Positions 32,992 to 43,820 of a stretch of 64,000 bases of DNA are shown one piece after another. The translations under genes were made by a program, and so were the position numbers. The DNA lies in NCBI GenBank assembly GCA_038087875.1, contig JAXLNO010003747.1:124001-188000 (forward strand), given 5' to 3'. Positions within the stretch are counted from its first letter, which is position 1, and each line of letters begins with the position of its first letter. This stretch comes from Malacoraja senta. Taxonomy: Eukaryota. The notes under the pieces were generated by a model, which saw only the letters and a program-made list of their open reading frames with translations, did no database searches and was not told the DNA's origin.

Positions 32992-35684
32992 ACCCATTCC
33001 TTTTCTCCAGAGATGCTGCCTGACCCGCTGAGTTACTCCAGCATTTTGCATCTACCTTCGGCCCACAATGTCTGTGCCGAACAAACTAAACTAATCTCCT
33101 CTACCTGTATGTGATCCGTATCCGGCCATTCCCTGCCTATCTATGTACCTATCTAAAAGCCTCTGAAATGTAACTGTTATATCCGCCACCATCACCACCA
33201 CCACTGGCAGCGCGTTACAGATGTCCACCACCCTCCACATAAAACAACTTGCTCCGCTCATCTCCTTTGAACATTGCTTCTCCAACCTTAAAGTGATGTT
33301 CTCTGGTCTTCAACATTTCCACCCTGTGAAAAAGGTTCTGGCTGTCCACTCTGTCTGTGCCTCTCACCATGTTATGCACTTTCACCAGGTCTCCCTTCAA
33401 CCTCCAGTATACAAGCGAAAACAATCCATGTTTGTCCAATCTGTTCTTGCACTAATGCCTCAGACAGAATTCAGGTAAACCGGTGATGTGCACTTTCAAT
33501 AAAAAAGTGACTTCTGCATTAGTAGGTGTTCCACCTCTCCAAAATTTCCTCAGCTGGTGTTAGGCACCCACATGATGGTAAAATTCAGCCTGCATTAAAT
33601 GACCAATCAATGTTGTGTTAATGTTGTTGCCATCTTGTTGTTTGTTGCATGCTTCCTGTCCTGCAGACCCTATCCATTACCCCACCACCACTTCCCCAGA
33701 AGACGATAATGAGATTTAAGACGCTTGAGGATAGGCACGTGGATATGCAGGGAATTGAGGGATATAAATCATGTACAAGCATGAAGAGTTTAGTTTAACT
33801 TGACATCATGATTGGCACAGACATTGTGGCCGAACCCCAGCCCATTACACCCTTAATGAACAAAAATCTATCAATCTCAATCTGGAAATTTTCAAGTGGG
33901 CAACATATTCAACAGATTACAGAATCGAGAACCAGAGGACATAGGTTTAAATTGAGGGGGGAAAGATTTAATGGGAAGCTGATGAGCAATTTCTTCCCAC
34001 ACAATGGTTCCTTTCTAACTATTCTGACATTCGTCAAGGCTTGGAGATTACAAACCTGTAATCGGATGCTCGTCCTGAAAGTTTAATCCCATTGTTATCA
34101 GATGAAAGTAAATATAATGCTGATGGCCGTGTTGAAATAATAACATATAAAACAAAAATCCTTGGCTGTGGAGTGTTTTGGGAAGCCACATGGATTTTAT
34201 CGTTACTGTATTCCACTCTTAGCCGTCTTATGTTTCTCCTGGTAACACTGAAACAGACACTTCTAACTCTGCCCTCGGGGCCCCTTCTCACTTCACTTAA
34301 ACACATGAACTTTGACACTGTCTGATGTGCTGCATGTAATCTTTATCACAGAACAAATACTGCTTATGCATGTGGAAACAAGAAACTGCACATGCTGGTT
34401 AATACACATAAAATACTGGAGTAATTCAGCAGGTCAGGCAGTATGTCTGGAGAACATGGATAGGTGATGTTTCAGTTGAAACAAGTGTAGGAAGGAAATG
34501 CAGATGTGTAAGAAGGAACTGTAGAATCTGATTTAAACCGAAGATAGACAATAAAGCTGGAGTAACTCAGCGGCACAGGCAGCATCCCCAGAGAGAAGGA
34601 ATGGATGACGTTTCGGGTCGAGACCCTTCTTCTGACTGCTGATGCAGATGCTGGTTTACACCGAAGATAGATACAAAAGGCTGGAGTAACTCAGCAGTAT
34701 CAGGCAGCATCGCTGGAGAAAAGGAATAGGCGGAGTTTTTTTCCCCCTGCAAACGTGTGTTTCCTATGGTTATTCCAGTTTCCCCACACGTCCCAAAAAT
34801 GCCGGGCTGAAAGGTAAGTTGGCCAGTGTGAATTCATCATGCATATGTATTAGAATTGGTGGAGGGGATGAGGGAGGTGTTAATGGGAGATTGGAAAATA
34901 TTAAAAGGGTTAGCGTACCACAGGTATAAATAGGTGTTTGATGGTCACCACGAACTTGGTGGGCTAAAGGGCCTTTTAATGTGCTGTACCCAGAGGACAT
35001 AAGTTTAAGATGAGGGGAGAATGATTTAATATGAACCTGAGGCATAGCATTGTTACACAAAGGGTGGTGGGTGTACTGAATGAACTGCCGGAGAAGGTAG
35101 TTCAGGCGCGTACTATCACGACATTTAAGAATCATTTAATCAGGTACATGGATAGGATAGGCTTATAAGGATATGGGCTTCAGTCAGCTGTAGAGCCCAC
35201 ATCAATGGATATTTCTCAGGTGGAGATTAACAGATTCTTGATCAGTATGGGTTTCAAGGGTTATGGGGTGCAGGCAGGAGAATGTGGTTGATAGGGAGAG
35301 ATAGATCAGCCATGATTGAATGGCCGATGGGCTGACTGGCCTAATTATTCTCCTAGAACTTATGTACTGATGAAATACAGGCAGTGTAGATGAGGCATGT
35401 TGGTTGGTGTGGCAAGTTGAGCCGTAGGCCCTGATTCCTTGCTGTATGACTCTTTGACTTTACCGCTCTATGATTCTATAAAGTCTCCTTGACATTGTCC
35501 AGTTTCTTAATATAACAAAATATTCTTCAAATTTTGGAATATTGTAACTAGTAGAACCTATCGACATGATAGACAATAATAGATCTTTGAAGATGGGAAG
35601 CAATCCAATCGGATTATTCAATACCTCGACCATAATTGGTGGAGTAGGTATCAGAGCCCATCATGCCAACTCTTGAAAAAGGCT

Positions 35685-35990
35685 CAGTGGTGCAGCGGTA
35701 GACTTACTCGATTACAGCACCATAGACCCAGGTTGGATCCTGACTATGAGTGCTGTCTGTACGGAGTTTGTCCATTCTCCCCATTACCGTGTGGGGTTTT
35801 CCCGAGATGTTTGGATTCTTCCCACATTCCAAAGATGTACAGGTTTCTAGGTTAATTGGCTTGGTGTAGAATGTAAATTGTCCCTAGTGTGTGTAGGATA
35901 GTGTTATTGTGTGGGGGTTGCTGGTCAGTGTGGACTCGCACGAAGGGCTTGTTTCCATGCTGTATCTCTAAGCTAAAAACTAAACTAAAG
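35685..35990 (+). mobile_element. V-SINE (HE1-like) in MHC intron 1
   Basis: GTGGTGCAGCGGTAGA head to CTAAACTAAA tail. Confidence 0.85.
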
Positions 35991-36179
35991 GCTCCTGACC
36001 CAAATTGTCACCTGATCATTGATGCTGCCTGCCCCACTGAGTTCCTCCAGCACTTGCATCTGCAGGTCCTTGTGACTCCCTTATTCAAAGTTATTGTATT
36101 GTTATCAGTTTTAGCATTAATAACTTAGTTATTTTCAGTGAATGATACAATCATACTTATTTTTGTTTATGCATTGCAG

Positions 36180-36440
36180 ATTTTCACCATCTTGCATTTT
36201 ACTACCTGTTGAACCATGGATTGAGTGAGCTGCCTGAGTACAGTATGGTAGCAATGCTGGATGACCTCCAGATAGCATATTTGGACAGCACACTATAGCG
36301 GGCTGTTCCCAGACAGCGATGGATGGCCCAGTCTTTCCCGCAGGATCAATGGGATTCAATGGCCATCACAGTTGCAGGTTTTCATGGGATTGTCAGAGGA
36401 AATGCTGATATAGTCTACCAACAGCAACATGGTATCTCGA
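36180..36440 (+). pseudogene. MHC class I-like alpha1 exon with nonsense codon: DFHHLAFYYLLNHGLSELPEYSMVAMLDDLQIAYLDSTL*RAVPRQRWMAQSFPQDQWDSMAITVAGFHGIVRGNADIVYQQQHGIS
   Basis: gcattgcag| acceptor, A|gtaagt donor, 261 nt; class I alpha1 motifs LPE, LDD..I.Y.DS, VPRQ.WM, WD. Confidence 0.9.
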
Positions 36441-38188
36441 GTAAGTGTCGTGACCGGACCTGGGGTAGACACCCAGTGATGGCACAAATGGATTTTGTTT
36501 TAGTTTTGTTGCTGTCACATGATTCTCTGATACACTTTTTTTGCATGTTAGTCAATCACATCAAAGAAAACTATTCATAAATACAATCAAACCAAACTCG
36601 TACAATAGGTAGAGCAAAGAGTGCAGAATGTAGTTCTCAGCATTGTAATGCACCAGTGCCAGAGACAAAGTCCAGTGTCTACAATGGGGTTGAGGTGAAC
36701 CCTAGCATAAGGGAGGACTGTTCAGAAACCTGATAACATAGGGGAGGAAACAGTTACTGAGTCTGGTGGTGCACGCTTTAAAGCTTACGTAACTTCTGCA
36801 GGAAGAAGAAGGAATGACCAGAATGGGACAAATCTTTGATTATGTTGTCTGCTTTCCTGAGCCAGTTGAAATACAGATGGATTCACTGGTGGGGAATCAT
36901 GTTTGTGTGATCGACTGTGCTACATCTCCACCTCTCTGCAATTTCCAGCGGTCTTGGGCAGAACTCTTTCCAAACTAAGTTGTGATGCAACCTGTCAGTG
37001 TGCTTTCTATGGCACATTTGTAGAAGTTTGTAAGAGTCATTGGAGATGCCGCATTTCCTTAGTCTCCTGAGGCAGTAGGGGAACCAGAAACTCTCAACCT
37101 TTTTCACTTCAGCACCATTGATGCTGTTTCAGACATTTACTCCATCACATTTTGATAGAGACATGGCCCATCGTCTATATTTAATGTGTCCTAACTGCTG
37201 AACACCCATTGATAACAGTTGGCTGGTGATAGTCTCTTTATGGGTTAAGCATTTGATATTTAACACCAGTAAAAAATGGATGGATTGGATCATCTGTTTT
37301 ATTGGGCTAGAATGAGGGAGAAACCATTAGTTTATTTATAGCCTGATCACCTAGAGATGGGACCTTGATTTAAGCTGGTTGATGGTGACTATGATGTATT
37401 CCCTCAACAATAATATTCTGTTAATCCAGCATTCCCTCAATATTGGCAACAATCCACAGAGAGTGTAGCAATCCCACACTGTGCAACAGCCTTGATGTAC
37501 TACCCATCTGCATTGCCTTAACCTTGAGACTGACCTGTTCACTGTATAACATTGCCCATCTGACAATGCACTCCTTCCTCTGTTCTTTATGTATGACAGT
37601 GCAGAATCTGAGTTCTACCCTTCTGACACAGCAGAACTCCTTTAGTGTTACATCCACAACAGTAAAGCTTCCCCCCTCAACACTTGAGGTTAGTCCATGC
37701 CCTCAGTATATAGACCATGGGTCATTGAGTCACACATCATGGAAACCGGCCCTTCTGCTCACTGAATCCACACTGATCATCATTTGTACTAAGATGGAGT
37801 CACAGCAAACTGCAGATGCTGCCAATCTGAATTAAAAACAAACAGGAGGAACTCAACGAGTCAGGCAGCATGCTGTGGAAAAATGGACAGAAAACATATG
37901 AGACCAGGACCATTTAGAGTGATGGAGTTGGGTGGAGAAAGCTGGAAAGAAAAGTGGTCTGTGTAGGATAGTGTTAATGTGCGGGGATCGCTGGTCGGTG
38001 CGGACTCGGTGGGCCGAAGGGCCTGTTTCCGCGCTGTATCTCTGAACTAAACCTGCTCCTGTGCTGTACAGCTCTATGTTGTGTTCTGTTATGCCTGTTT
38101 GTACCATGCTGAGAACTGATTTGTAAATTGCCTCTCCCTTCCATCTACTCACCCCAACCCAAATCCTCCACCCCTACCTCAGCCCCAG

Positions 38189-38464
38189 CTGTTTTCTTTG
38201 TCCAGGGTTTCTGCGGCTGTGAAGTGGACAGTGACAATTCCACTGATGGGTTTGTCAGACTGGGTTATGATGGGGAGGATGCCTGTGCTTTTGACAAGGA
38301 CAGAATGTTCTGGATTGCACTACGTCCAGATTTCCAGATGCTAGCAGATCGGTGGAATGTCAACACCTTCATGAACAAGTATTTCAAAGATCTCCTGGAG
38401 AAGGACTGTGTGAAGTGGCTGCTGATATATCTGGAGTGTGGACAAGAAGCACTACAGAGGAGAG
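38189..38464 (+). CDS. MHC class I-like alpha2 exon: VFFVQGFCGCEVDSDNSTDGFVRLGYDGEDACAFDKDRMFWIALRPDFQMLADRWNVNTFMNKYFKDLLEKDCVKWLLIYLECGQEALQRR
   Basis: ccccag| acceptor, G|gtacac donor, 276 nt (canonical alpha2 size); GCE, YDGED and CVxWL motifs. Confidence 0.95.
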
Positions 38465-38569
38465 GTACACGACGTAGGCACTCTGACTGATGGGCCAGAG
38501 GATATCCTCTGGATTGATCAGGTGGGAAATATAATGCACTTCAGGCTGTCACTTGAGTAGTTATTTAGT

Positions 38570-38860
38570 TTAGTTTAGAGATACAGCTCGGAAACCCACC
38601 GAGACCGCACCGAGCAGCCATGCCCGCACACTAACACTATCCTACACACACTAGGAACAATTTGCATTTATACCAATCCAATCAACCTACAAATTTGTAG
38701 GTCTTTCGAGTGTGAGGGGAAACCGAAGATCTCGGATAAAACCCATGCAGGTCACAGGGAGAACGTACAAACTGCGTAAAGACAAGCACCCGTAGTTAGT
38801 AACAAACCCAGGTCTCTGGCGCTGTAAGGCAGTAGTCCCACCGCTTCGCCACCCTGTTCT
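38570..38860 (-). mobile_element. V-SINE (HE1-like) in MHC intron 3
   Basis: Same consensus. Confidence 0.85.
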
Positions 38861-39666
38861 ACGACGTGGGTATCAGTAAATTGTCTGGCAACGTGCCTCT
38901 TAGATGGCGCCAGTGGGTAGGAAGTGCAAGTGAAAGATAAATATTGTACCAGCGTCCTCTATCCACAGTCATATAGATATTCAGGAAATGGAGGGATATG
39001 TATCTTGGTCTTATGTTTAGCATTGACCTTGTGCCTGAAGGGTCTGTTGCTGTGCTGATCAGAAACCCAATCAGATTCTCTTTTTGCCTCTATTACTCCC
39101 TGGGATGGTGACATCCAATTTCCAACAGTTCTCTGGTTGAAGAACTTCTTCCTCCCATTCCCTCTTGGAATATTTAGTGTTATTATTCAGGTGAGATTCA
39201 TGAACAAATAGAAGCAATCATGTCTACAGTATCAATCCCAATGGTGAGTTATACTCCTCCATTGGGCCTGCATTCCCCTTACATCTGCGCTGTCAGTTCA
39301 AGTCTGGAGCTAAGATAAGGAGCATGTCAGTGATATTAAAACTAAATGTTTTGTTGTTTTGCCAGAAATGCAAAATGAAAAGAGAAAAGGCTGTAAACTT
39401 TGTGCAAGATAGAACTGCAGATGATGGTTTACACCGAAGATAGAAGATGTTGGAGTAACTCAGTGGGTCAGATAGCATCTCTGGGCATTCCTTCTCTCCA
39501 GAGATGCTGCCTGACCTGCTGAGTTATTCCAGCATTTTGGGTCTAGGCTGGAAACTTTGTTCAGCTGGAGAAAAAACTGATTGGGAAAGAGGTGAGTTGC
39601 AGTGATCTTACAATTGAAGGCTTTTGTTCATGTCTTCACTGATTCTGACGCTTCTTACACTTGCAG

Positions 39667-39939
39667 AAACCCCTGAGGTGTTTATTGGGATTAAACGTGA
39701 TGGGTCACAATCACTGAGACTCTCCTGCCTTGTCACAGGCTTCTACCCACGGGCCATCGATGTAACGTGGCTGAGAGATGGTGAGGGAGACCACGAGTCT
39801 GAATCCAGTGATCTGTTGCTCAATTGGGATGGGACTTACCAGCTGAAGAATACAATTCAACTGAGTAGAGAAGATGTGGCAAAATTCTCCTGTTACATCG
39901 AACATGCAACTCTGCTGCAGGGAGTCAATGTTCCACAGG
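39667..39939 (+). CDS. MHC class I-like alpha3 (Ig C1) exon: ETPEV...LSCLVTGFYPRAIDVTWLRDG...DGTYQ...FSCYIEH...
   Basis: ttgcag| acceptor, G|gtaagt donor, 273 nt; C1-set motifs LSCLVTGFYP, DGTYQ, CYIEH. Confidence 0.95.
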
Positions 39940-40044
39940 GTAAGTGGCAAGTCAATGAGGCTGATCACTTGAGAGAATAAACCTCCTGGACTGAGATAAC
40001 AGCCTCAACACACTCTTAACTAAGCTGTGCATTTAGATTTTAGA

Positions 40045-40680
40045 CTTTAGAGATATGGTGCAGATACAGGCCCCTCAGCTCACTGAGTCCTCGCTGAACA
40101 GTGATCATCCTGTACATTTACACTAACCAACACACTGGGGACAATTTACAATTTTACCTAAGCCAAGTAACCTTCAAGCCTGTATGCCTTTGGAGTGCGG
40201 GAGGAAACCGGAGCACCCGGAGAAAACCCACGCAGTCACAGGGAGAACATACAATGTCCTTGCAGACAGCACCTGTAGTCAGGATCAAACCCAGGTCTCT
40301 GGTGCAGTAAGGCAGCAGCTCTACCGCTACGCCACTGTGCCACCCATTATTAATTTGTGGTTGTCTAATTGCCCAGAATTGATAGTTAATGGAATGTGGT
40401 TTAATTTAAGAGATACAGCGCAGAAACCGGCCCTTTGGCCCACGAGTCTGCGTCAACCAGCGATCCCTGCACACTTACATTATCTTACTTATTTGGGGAC
40501 AATTTACAATTATACCAAGCCAATTAACCTACAAACCTGTATGTCTTTGGACTGAGGGAGGAAACCGGATATCCAGGCAAAACCCACGCAGGTCCGGGGG
40601 AGAAGGTACAAAACTCTGTACAGACGGGACCCGTAGTCAGAATTGAACCGGGTCTCTGGCGCTGTAAGGCAGCAGTTCCA
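40045..40680 (-). mobile_element. Two tandem V-SINE copies (40045-40340, 40410-40680)
   Basis: Same consensus twice. Confidence 0.85.
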
Positions 40681-40689
40681 CCGAGTGGG

Positions 40690-41470
40690 CAAAGCAGAGC
40701 CAAATGGAATACAGTGTAGCAAGTGTCTGGTTTTACATTTTGGCAGTCGGAATAAAGACGTAGACTATTTACTAAATGGGGAGAGAATTCAGAAATCTGA
40801 GCTACAAAGTGGGAGTACTAGTGCAGGATTCCCAAATAGTTCATTTGCAGATTGAGTCACTGGTAAGTAAGGCAAATGCAATGCCAGCATTCATTTTGGG
40901 GGGACTAGAATATAAAAACAATGATATAATGCTGAGGATTTATCGGGCACTGGTGAAGACACATTTGGAATATTGTGAGCAGTTTTGGGCTCCATATTAG
41001 AAAGGATGTGCTGGCTTTGGAGAGGGTCCAGAGGAAGTATGTCCTGGGGATGATTGATTTAACGTATGAGGAACGTTTGAAGTCTCTGGGCTTCTACTCG
41101 TGGGAATTTAGAAGGATGAGGGGAAAATCTCTGAAACCTACCAGTTAATGAAAGTCCCAGTTAGTGGATGTGGATAGGATGTTTTCAGTAATGGGAGAGT
41201 CTAGCACAGCCTCACAATAAAAATACGTACTTTCAAAATGGAGATGAGGAGGAATTTCTTTAGTCACAGGGTGGTGAATCTGTGGAATTCATTGATACAG
41301 ACAGCTGTGTGGGTCAAGTCATTGCATATTTTAAAGCAGAGAATGATAGGTTCTTGATTAGTACGGGTGCCAAAAGTTACAGGGAGAAGGCTGGAGAATG
41401 GGATTCAGAGGTAAAAATAGATCTGCCATGACTGAATGGTGGAGTAGACTCAATGGACTGAAAGGCCTAC
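40690..41470 (+). mobile_element. CR1 LINE 3' fragment in MHC intron 4
   Basis: YRALVKTHLEYCEQFWAPY motif. Confidence 0.85.
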
Positions 41471-42018
41471 TTCTGCTCCAATGGTAAAAATTATTCTTAT
41501 GTCACCCTTAACTCACACATCCAAATGTAGGAAGCAAGATAGGCTGATCCTGGCCAAGGTCTCTTATCTTATTTCTTGGGCATCTAGCTAATTTTTTAAT
41601 AGTAGTTAGTTGCACAAAAGGCCAATAGTGGTGCCACATCCAACCCCATTATCAGTCTGAAGTAGCAGCACCTGTTCTGTAGCTGACTTATTTGTTCCAG
41701 TCAAGACCTCTGCAAATATCTTCACACCAGGGCCAAGATGACATGGTTAAAATTGCTGGTCAGTACAAATAGACAGTAGTGTTAATGTCTGAGTGTGCGT
41801 GTGTGTGTGCGCTCATGAGTGTGAGACAGAGAGAGGGGGAGGGGGAGGGAGAGAAAGAGAGTTTGTGTGTGTGTGAGAATATCAAACTCTCAGGTATTGA
41901 AATATCAGCAGTTTAAAACCTTTGAAGTTTTATCAACTATAAATGGGTTCACTTTTATTTGCTAAAATAACAATGGTCAACATAAGAAAATGGCAGTGTT
42001 GACTTCTACACTGCAAAT

Positions 42019-42037
42019 AGACCACCAGGGGGGCTCT
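42019..42037 (+). promoter_or_regulatory. Predicted CTCF site
   Basis: AGACCACCAGGGGGCTCTG with upstream CTGCAA. Confidence 0.5.
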
Positions 42038-42044
42038 GACCTGT

Positions 42045-42885
42045 GTGCGGCTACCCAGCCAGCAGCTGTCTGCCCTTTCACCTTTATTTTTTATTTTAGT
42101 CAGTAAAGTGTTTTGTTTTGGAGGTCTAGACTTTTTTGTGTGGGGGGGGGGAAGGGGGAAACTACCTTTCAGGGTCCCTACCTGGCCGGAGAGGCAGCTT
42201 TTCTCCGGGCTGCAGCTTCGACCCGTCCTCGCGGCCTACCAGCGGGCCTGGAGCGGCGTTTCCTGTCGGGGACCGCCCAGAGCCTCGGCTTCGGTGGCAG
42301 CACAGCGCTGGAGCGCTATCGCGGAGCGGGCGATGCCTTGCCCGGGTCGCTGCGCTGGAGCTCCGGTGAGCTGAGGATCGCTGGAGAAAACATCGCGGAG
42401 CTGCGGGACTGTGGAGCGACCAGCCGCGGGCGACGGTGCTGAACTTTACACCGGGAGCCTGGGATCTCCAGATGAGATCGCCAGTTGTGCAGCTCCAACC
42501 GGCGCGGCCTTGTTGGCTTCGGAAGCCGCGGCCCCCAGTGCGGAAGCGGCCGTTCCAGGGTTCCGAGGCCGCTGGGAGGACTCTCCCGATGCCGGAGCAA
42601 CATCACCCGGCGAGAACGGCCTGCAACATCGGGCCTCCGTAGAGGCAACTGTGGAGGCCTCAATGGGCCCGACTATGGGTGAACTGGGGTTGGGGACTGG
42701 ACTTTGTGCCTTCCCTCATGGTGGGACCCATTGTGGGGGGATGTTCAGTGTTAAGACTATCTTGGTGTTGTGTCTGTATACTCTCTCTTTTTTGTGTGCT
42801 GCATAATGGCAAAAAGCATTTCACTTCACTACACCCGGGTGTATGTGAATGTGACTAATAAAAAATCTTGAATCTTGAATCTTTA
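42045..42885 (+). mobile_element. CpG-rich non-coding retroposon with (CTTGAAT)n tail
   Basis: Related to 57135-57930; ends TTTCACT...GTGACTAATAAA followed by a microsatellite tail. Confidence 0.6.
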
Positions 42886-43133
42886 TTTCTGACATATGCT
42901 TGATTCTTTAAATTCATAATTAAATGCTGCAGATAAAATCTCAACGCTAATATGAACTTCAAAGATTTTTCATTGATCTATTTAAACATCCATTGTCTGG
43001 ACAATTACATAAATCTAAGACTTTGTTACTTTTTATTTAGATGTGAACAAAGCTAGTTTAATGTAGATAATAAAATCATTACAAAGTCGTTATTGATCAA
43101 TAAATGTTTAAAATGCACTATATATGCCAACAG

Positions 43134-43363
43134 AGATGGCAGCGAAAGAAGATATAAAGATTAGGATCGTGACTGGAGCTGTAATCGTTCCTCTTATTCT
43201 CCTGGGGATCATCCTTGGAATTGGTTGCTGGAAGAAGAGGAAAAAGATAAAACCTTTCAATGAACAGGGACCAGCTGACAACAGCAGAGACCAGGAGACG
43301 ACTGCAGTGACCATGAAGCACAATCAGCTTCCGTTGGGATGCAGAGGAGGTCTACCGGAATGA
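43134..43363 (+). CDS. MHC class I-like transmembrane plus cytoplasmic terminal exon: EMAAKEDIKIRIVTGAVIVPLILLGIILGIGCWKKRKK...GGLPE*
   Basis: gccaacag| acceptor in phase 1, ~23-aa hydrophobic stretch, stop-transfer KKRKK, TGA at 43361-43363; AATAAA at 43938-43943 is a candidate poly(A) signal. Confidence 0.78.
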
Positions 43364-43820
43364 TGCCTGGATTAGTGGGGTATTAGCCACAGGGAGAAGT
43401 TGGACAGACTGGACAGTTGGATTGTCTCTGGAATGTCGTGGATTGAGGGGAGACCTGACAGTAATATATCAAACTGGGAGGAGTAGAGATAGGGTAGACC
43501 ATCAGACTTTTTACCCAGGAAGGAAATATCAAATAAGAGCAGGTACAGCTTTACAATGAGTGGCAAAGTTTTAAAAAGATGTGCAGGACAAGTGTTTTAC
43601 GCCAAGGGTGGTGAGTGACTGGAATGTGCTGCCGGGGGTGGTGGTGGAAGCAGATATGATAGTGGCATTTAAGAGACTTTTAGATACGCACATGTATATG
43701 CAGGGTATGGATGGATATGGATTATGTGCAAGCAGATAACAATTGGTCTTGGCATCATGTTCGGCACAAACATTGTGGGTCAAAGGGCCTGTTCTTGTGC
43801 TGTACTGTTCTATGTTCTAT
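43336..43820 (+). mobile_element. CR1 LINE 3' fragment overlapping the end of the MHC terminal exon
   Basis: ATGCAGAGGAGGTCTACCGGAATGATGCCTGGATTAG corresponds to CR1 VQRRFTRMMPGL; similar to 24830-24900. Confidence 0.85.

Larger units (their letters stand above)
32616..43363 (+). pseudogene. Non-classical MHC class I-like heavy-chain gene, five exons, single premature stop (pseudogene or null allele)
   Basis: Leader, alpha1, alpha2, alpha3 and TM exons all join at phase-1 GT-AG junctions with near-canonical sizes; in-frame TAG at 36296-36298. Confidence 0.8.

Noticed and set aside
35685-35760. tRNA genes
   Set aside because: The A/B-box sequences are SINE heads followed by SINE bodies; no complete cloverleaf.
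42045-42806. Cluster of 65-131 aa ORFs on both strands (also 23026-23500, 56516-57905)
   Set aside because: Caused by stop-codon scarcity in GC-rich repeats; no domain similarity or splice support.
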